Shown: positions 24,476 through 25,660 of the stretch, in pieces
Layout of the letters: each line of letters opens with the position of its first letter
How positions within the stretch are numbered: the first letter of the stretch is position 1
Notes under the pieces: model-generated
The model's input: the letters and a program-made list of their open reading frames with translations, nothing else
What the model was told of the DNA's origin: nothing
Database searches by the model: none
IMG/VR virus record: IMGVR_UViG_3300031965_000003
Coordinates: 69,350 to 95,009 of that record
Reading direction: 5' to 3' (one strand)
DNA from: a virus
DNA length: 25,660 bases
Position numbers and translations under genes: made by a program

Positions 24476-25660
24476 TTAACTTTCTGCCACAATATTAACA
24501 GCGCCTGGTTTCCAACCAAATGTCCACAATCTGACCTGCTCAAAATCGTCGATATTATCGGGACCATCAACACCAAATTGCTCACGAGTAGCCGGTACTG
24601 GCAAAACAGTCTGGTGCTCACCATCGTTCTCACTCCAATGCAGGTGTAACGCTCTAATCATTTGTCCGTCGCCTAAATCAATTGATAGTAGGCGATCATC
24701 GCCAACTCTAGATATGCATCGTGTTTTTAAATGTTTTAATATCGTCTGTAACCCTATCTTACCGATAACCGCCATTCTAACCTGAGCATTAGATTCTTTT
24801 AGCAGATCTCGTGGATCAAGATTTTTAACCTTGATATATTTTTCCGGTACAGTTACACCGTGCAAGCTATACAATCCCCAGCCGTCGCGATACTTGATAG
24901 CCATGTCATTTTCGTCGTGCAATCTACCGCGAACGTCACGATGGATATATTCGGGACGATTACTTACCATGACAAAATGTTTATTAGGCCACCAGTAACC
25001 AGCAGCCATTTGTGTCTTACGATAAACATCCGCACGTGCATTCAAATCACCAGGCAATTCCAATCCACAATACTGAGTAAAAAACGACTCAAAGGACAGC
25101 CATGCTGGCCACAGTGAACCACCAAACCAATAGTGCCAAAATAAATCATTCTTTTTCTCCAATTTGACCGCCGAGTGAACCGCCGAGTGAACCGCCGAGT
25201 AAACCGTCGAGTCAACCGCCGACTCAACCGTCGAGCGAACCGCCGAGCCAACCGCCGAGTCAACCGCCGAGTAAACCGTCGAGTCAACCGTCGAGTAAAC
25301 CGTCGAGTAAACCGTCGAGCCAACCGCCGACTCAACCGCCGAGCGAACCGCCGAGTCAACCGCCGAGTAAACCGTCGAGCGAACCACCGAGTCAACCGCC
25401 GAGTAAACCGCCGACTCAACCGCCGAGCGAACCGCCGAGTAAACCGCCGAGCCAACCGCCGAGCCAACCGCCGAGTGAACCGCCGAGTGAACCGCCGAGT
25501 AAACCGCCGGGTAAACCGCCGAGTAAACCGCCGAGTGAACCGTCGAGTCAACCGCCGAGTAAACCGCCGAGTCAACCGCCGAGCCAACCGCCGAGTGAAC
25601 CGCCGAGTGAACCGCCGAGTCAACCGCCGAGTAAACCGCCGAGTCAACCGCCGAGTGAAC
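24476..25660 (-). CDS. DUF6745-like protein with N-terminal (V-x-S-A/T)n repeat; 5' end beyond the window
   Basis: Frame is open to base 25660; GYWWP....VMVSNRP..IHRD..GRLH.....AI.YRDGWGLYSLHGVTVP, E.NAQVR. Confidence 0.82.
   Translation of the reverse strand, partial: VHSAVDSAVYSAVDSAVHSAVHSAVGSAVDSAVYSAVDSTVHSAVYSAVYPAVYSAVHSAVHSAVGSAVGSAVYSAVRSAVESAVYSAVDSVVRSTVYSAVDSAVRSAVESAVGSTVYSTVYSTVDSTVYSAVDSAVGSAVRSTVESAVDSTVYSAVHSAVHSAVKLEKKNDLFWHYWFGGSLWPAWLSFESFFTQYCGLELPGDLNARADVYRKTQMAAGYWWPNKHFVMVSNRPEYIHRDVRGRLHDENDMAIKYRDGWGLYSLHGVTVPEKYIKVKNLDPRDLLKESNAQVRMAVIGKIGLQTILKHLKTRCISRVGDDRLLSIDLGDGQMIRALHLHWSENDGEHQTVLPVPATREQFGVDGPDNIDDFEQVRLWTFGWKPGAVNIVAES
25169..25660 (-). repeat. Coding tandem repeat, at least 41 copies of a 12-nt unit (GTT NRS TCG RCG on the minus strand)
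   Basis: Directly visible; 492 nt in perfect 12-nt register up to the window edge. Confidence 0.97.

Larger units (their letters stand above)
1..25660 (-). mobile_element. Tailed phage or prophage genome segment (packaging and head module plus upstream accessory region)
   Basis: TerS-TerL-portal gene order, unidirectional dense coding with many ATGA/TAATG overlaps, phage-type small ORFs. No host housekeeping genes, integrase or att sites visible. Confidence 0.93.

Noticed and set aside
137-25117. All plus-strand ORFs in the track (e.g. 15093..15653, 3806..4117)
   Set aside because: They lie antisense to well-supported minus-strand genes and show no recognisable motifs.
25042-25647. 201-aa Arg/Thr-rich ORF
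   Set aside because: Alternative-frame shadow of the stop-free repeat; the V-x-S-A frame is the one continuous with the DUF6745 domain.
25169-25660. CRISPR array or diversity-generating retroelement (most variant codons could derive from AAC/ACG by adenine mutagenesis)
   Set aside because: Units are contiguous 12-mers with no spacers; no reverse transcriptase or template/variable repeat pair in the window; GAG codons cannot come from AAC by A-only changes.

Overview
A 25.7 kb segment of a tailed dsDNA phage or prophage genome; every credible gene is on the minus strand. In transcription order (right to left): a DUF6745-like protein with a long 12-nt tandem repeat and its small 'RQGDV...GETTGHxH' partner; a tightly coupled ~9.3 kb sugar-tailoring operon (DdhC/RfbH-type 3-dehydrase, truncated RmlC-like fragment, CgeB-like glycosyltransferase, class I/II PLP aminotransferase, ThDP-dependent AHAS/YerE-like enzyme, Methyltransf_24-like protein, two cobalamin-dependent radical SAM enzymes); small phage-type ORFs interleaved with a GT2-like glycosyltransferase, an exostosin/GT47-like glycosyltransferase and an HddA-like GHMP sugar kinase; a ~100-nt structured-RNA candidate; terminase small and large subunits; a Mu gp29/DUF935-type portal interrupted by a 200-aa intein; two secreted FN3 proteins; a PD-(D/E)xK nuclease with a His-rich leader; and the start of a probable head morphogenesis protein running off the left edge. 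The strongest candidate for an undescribed system is the phage-embedded pathway for a branched, methylated sugar, with three soluble glycosyltransferases and no membrane export machinery in view. All family calls come from motif recognition by eye, not database searches.
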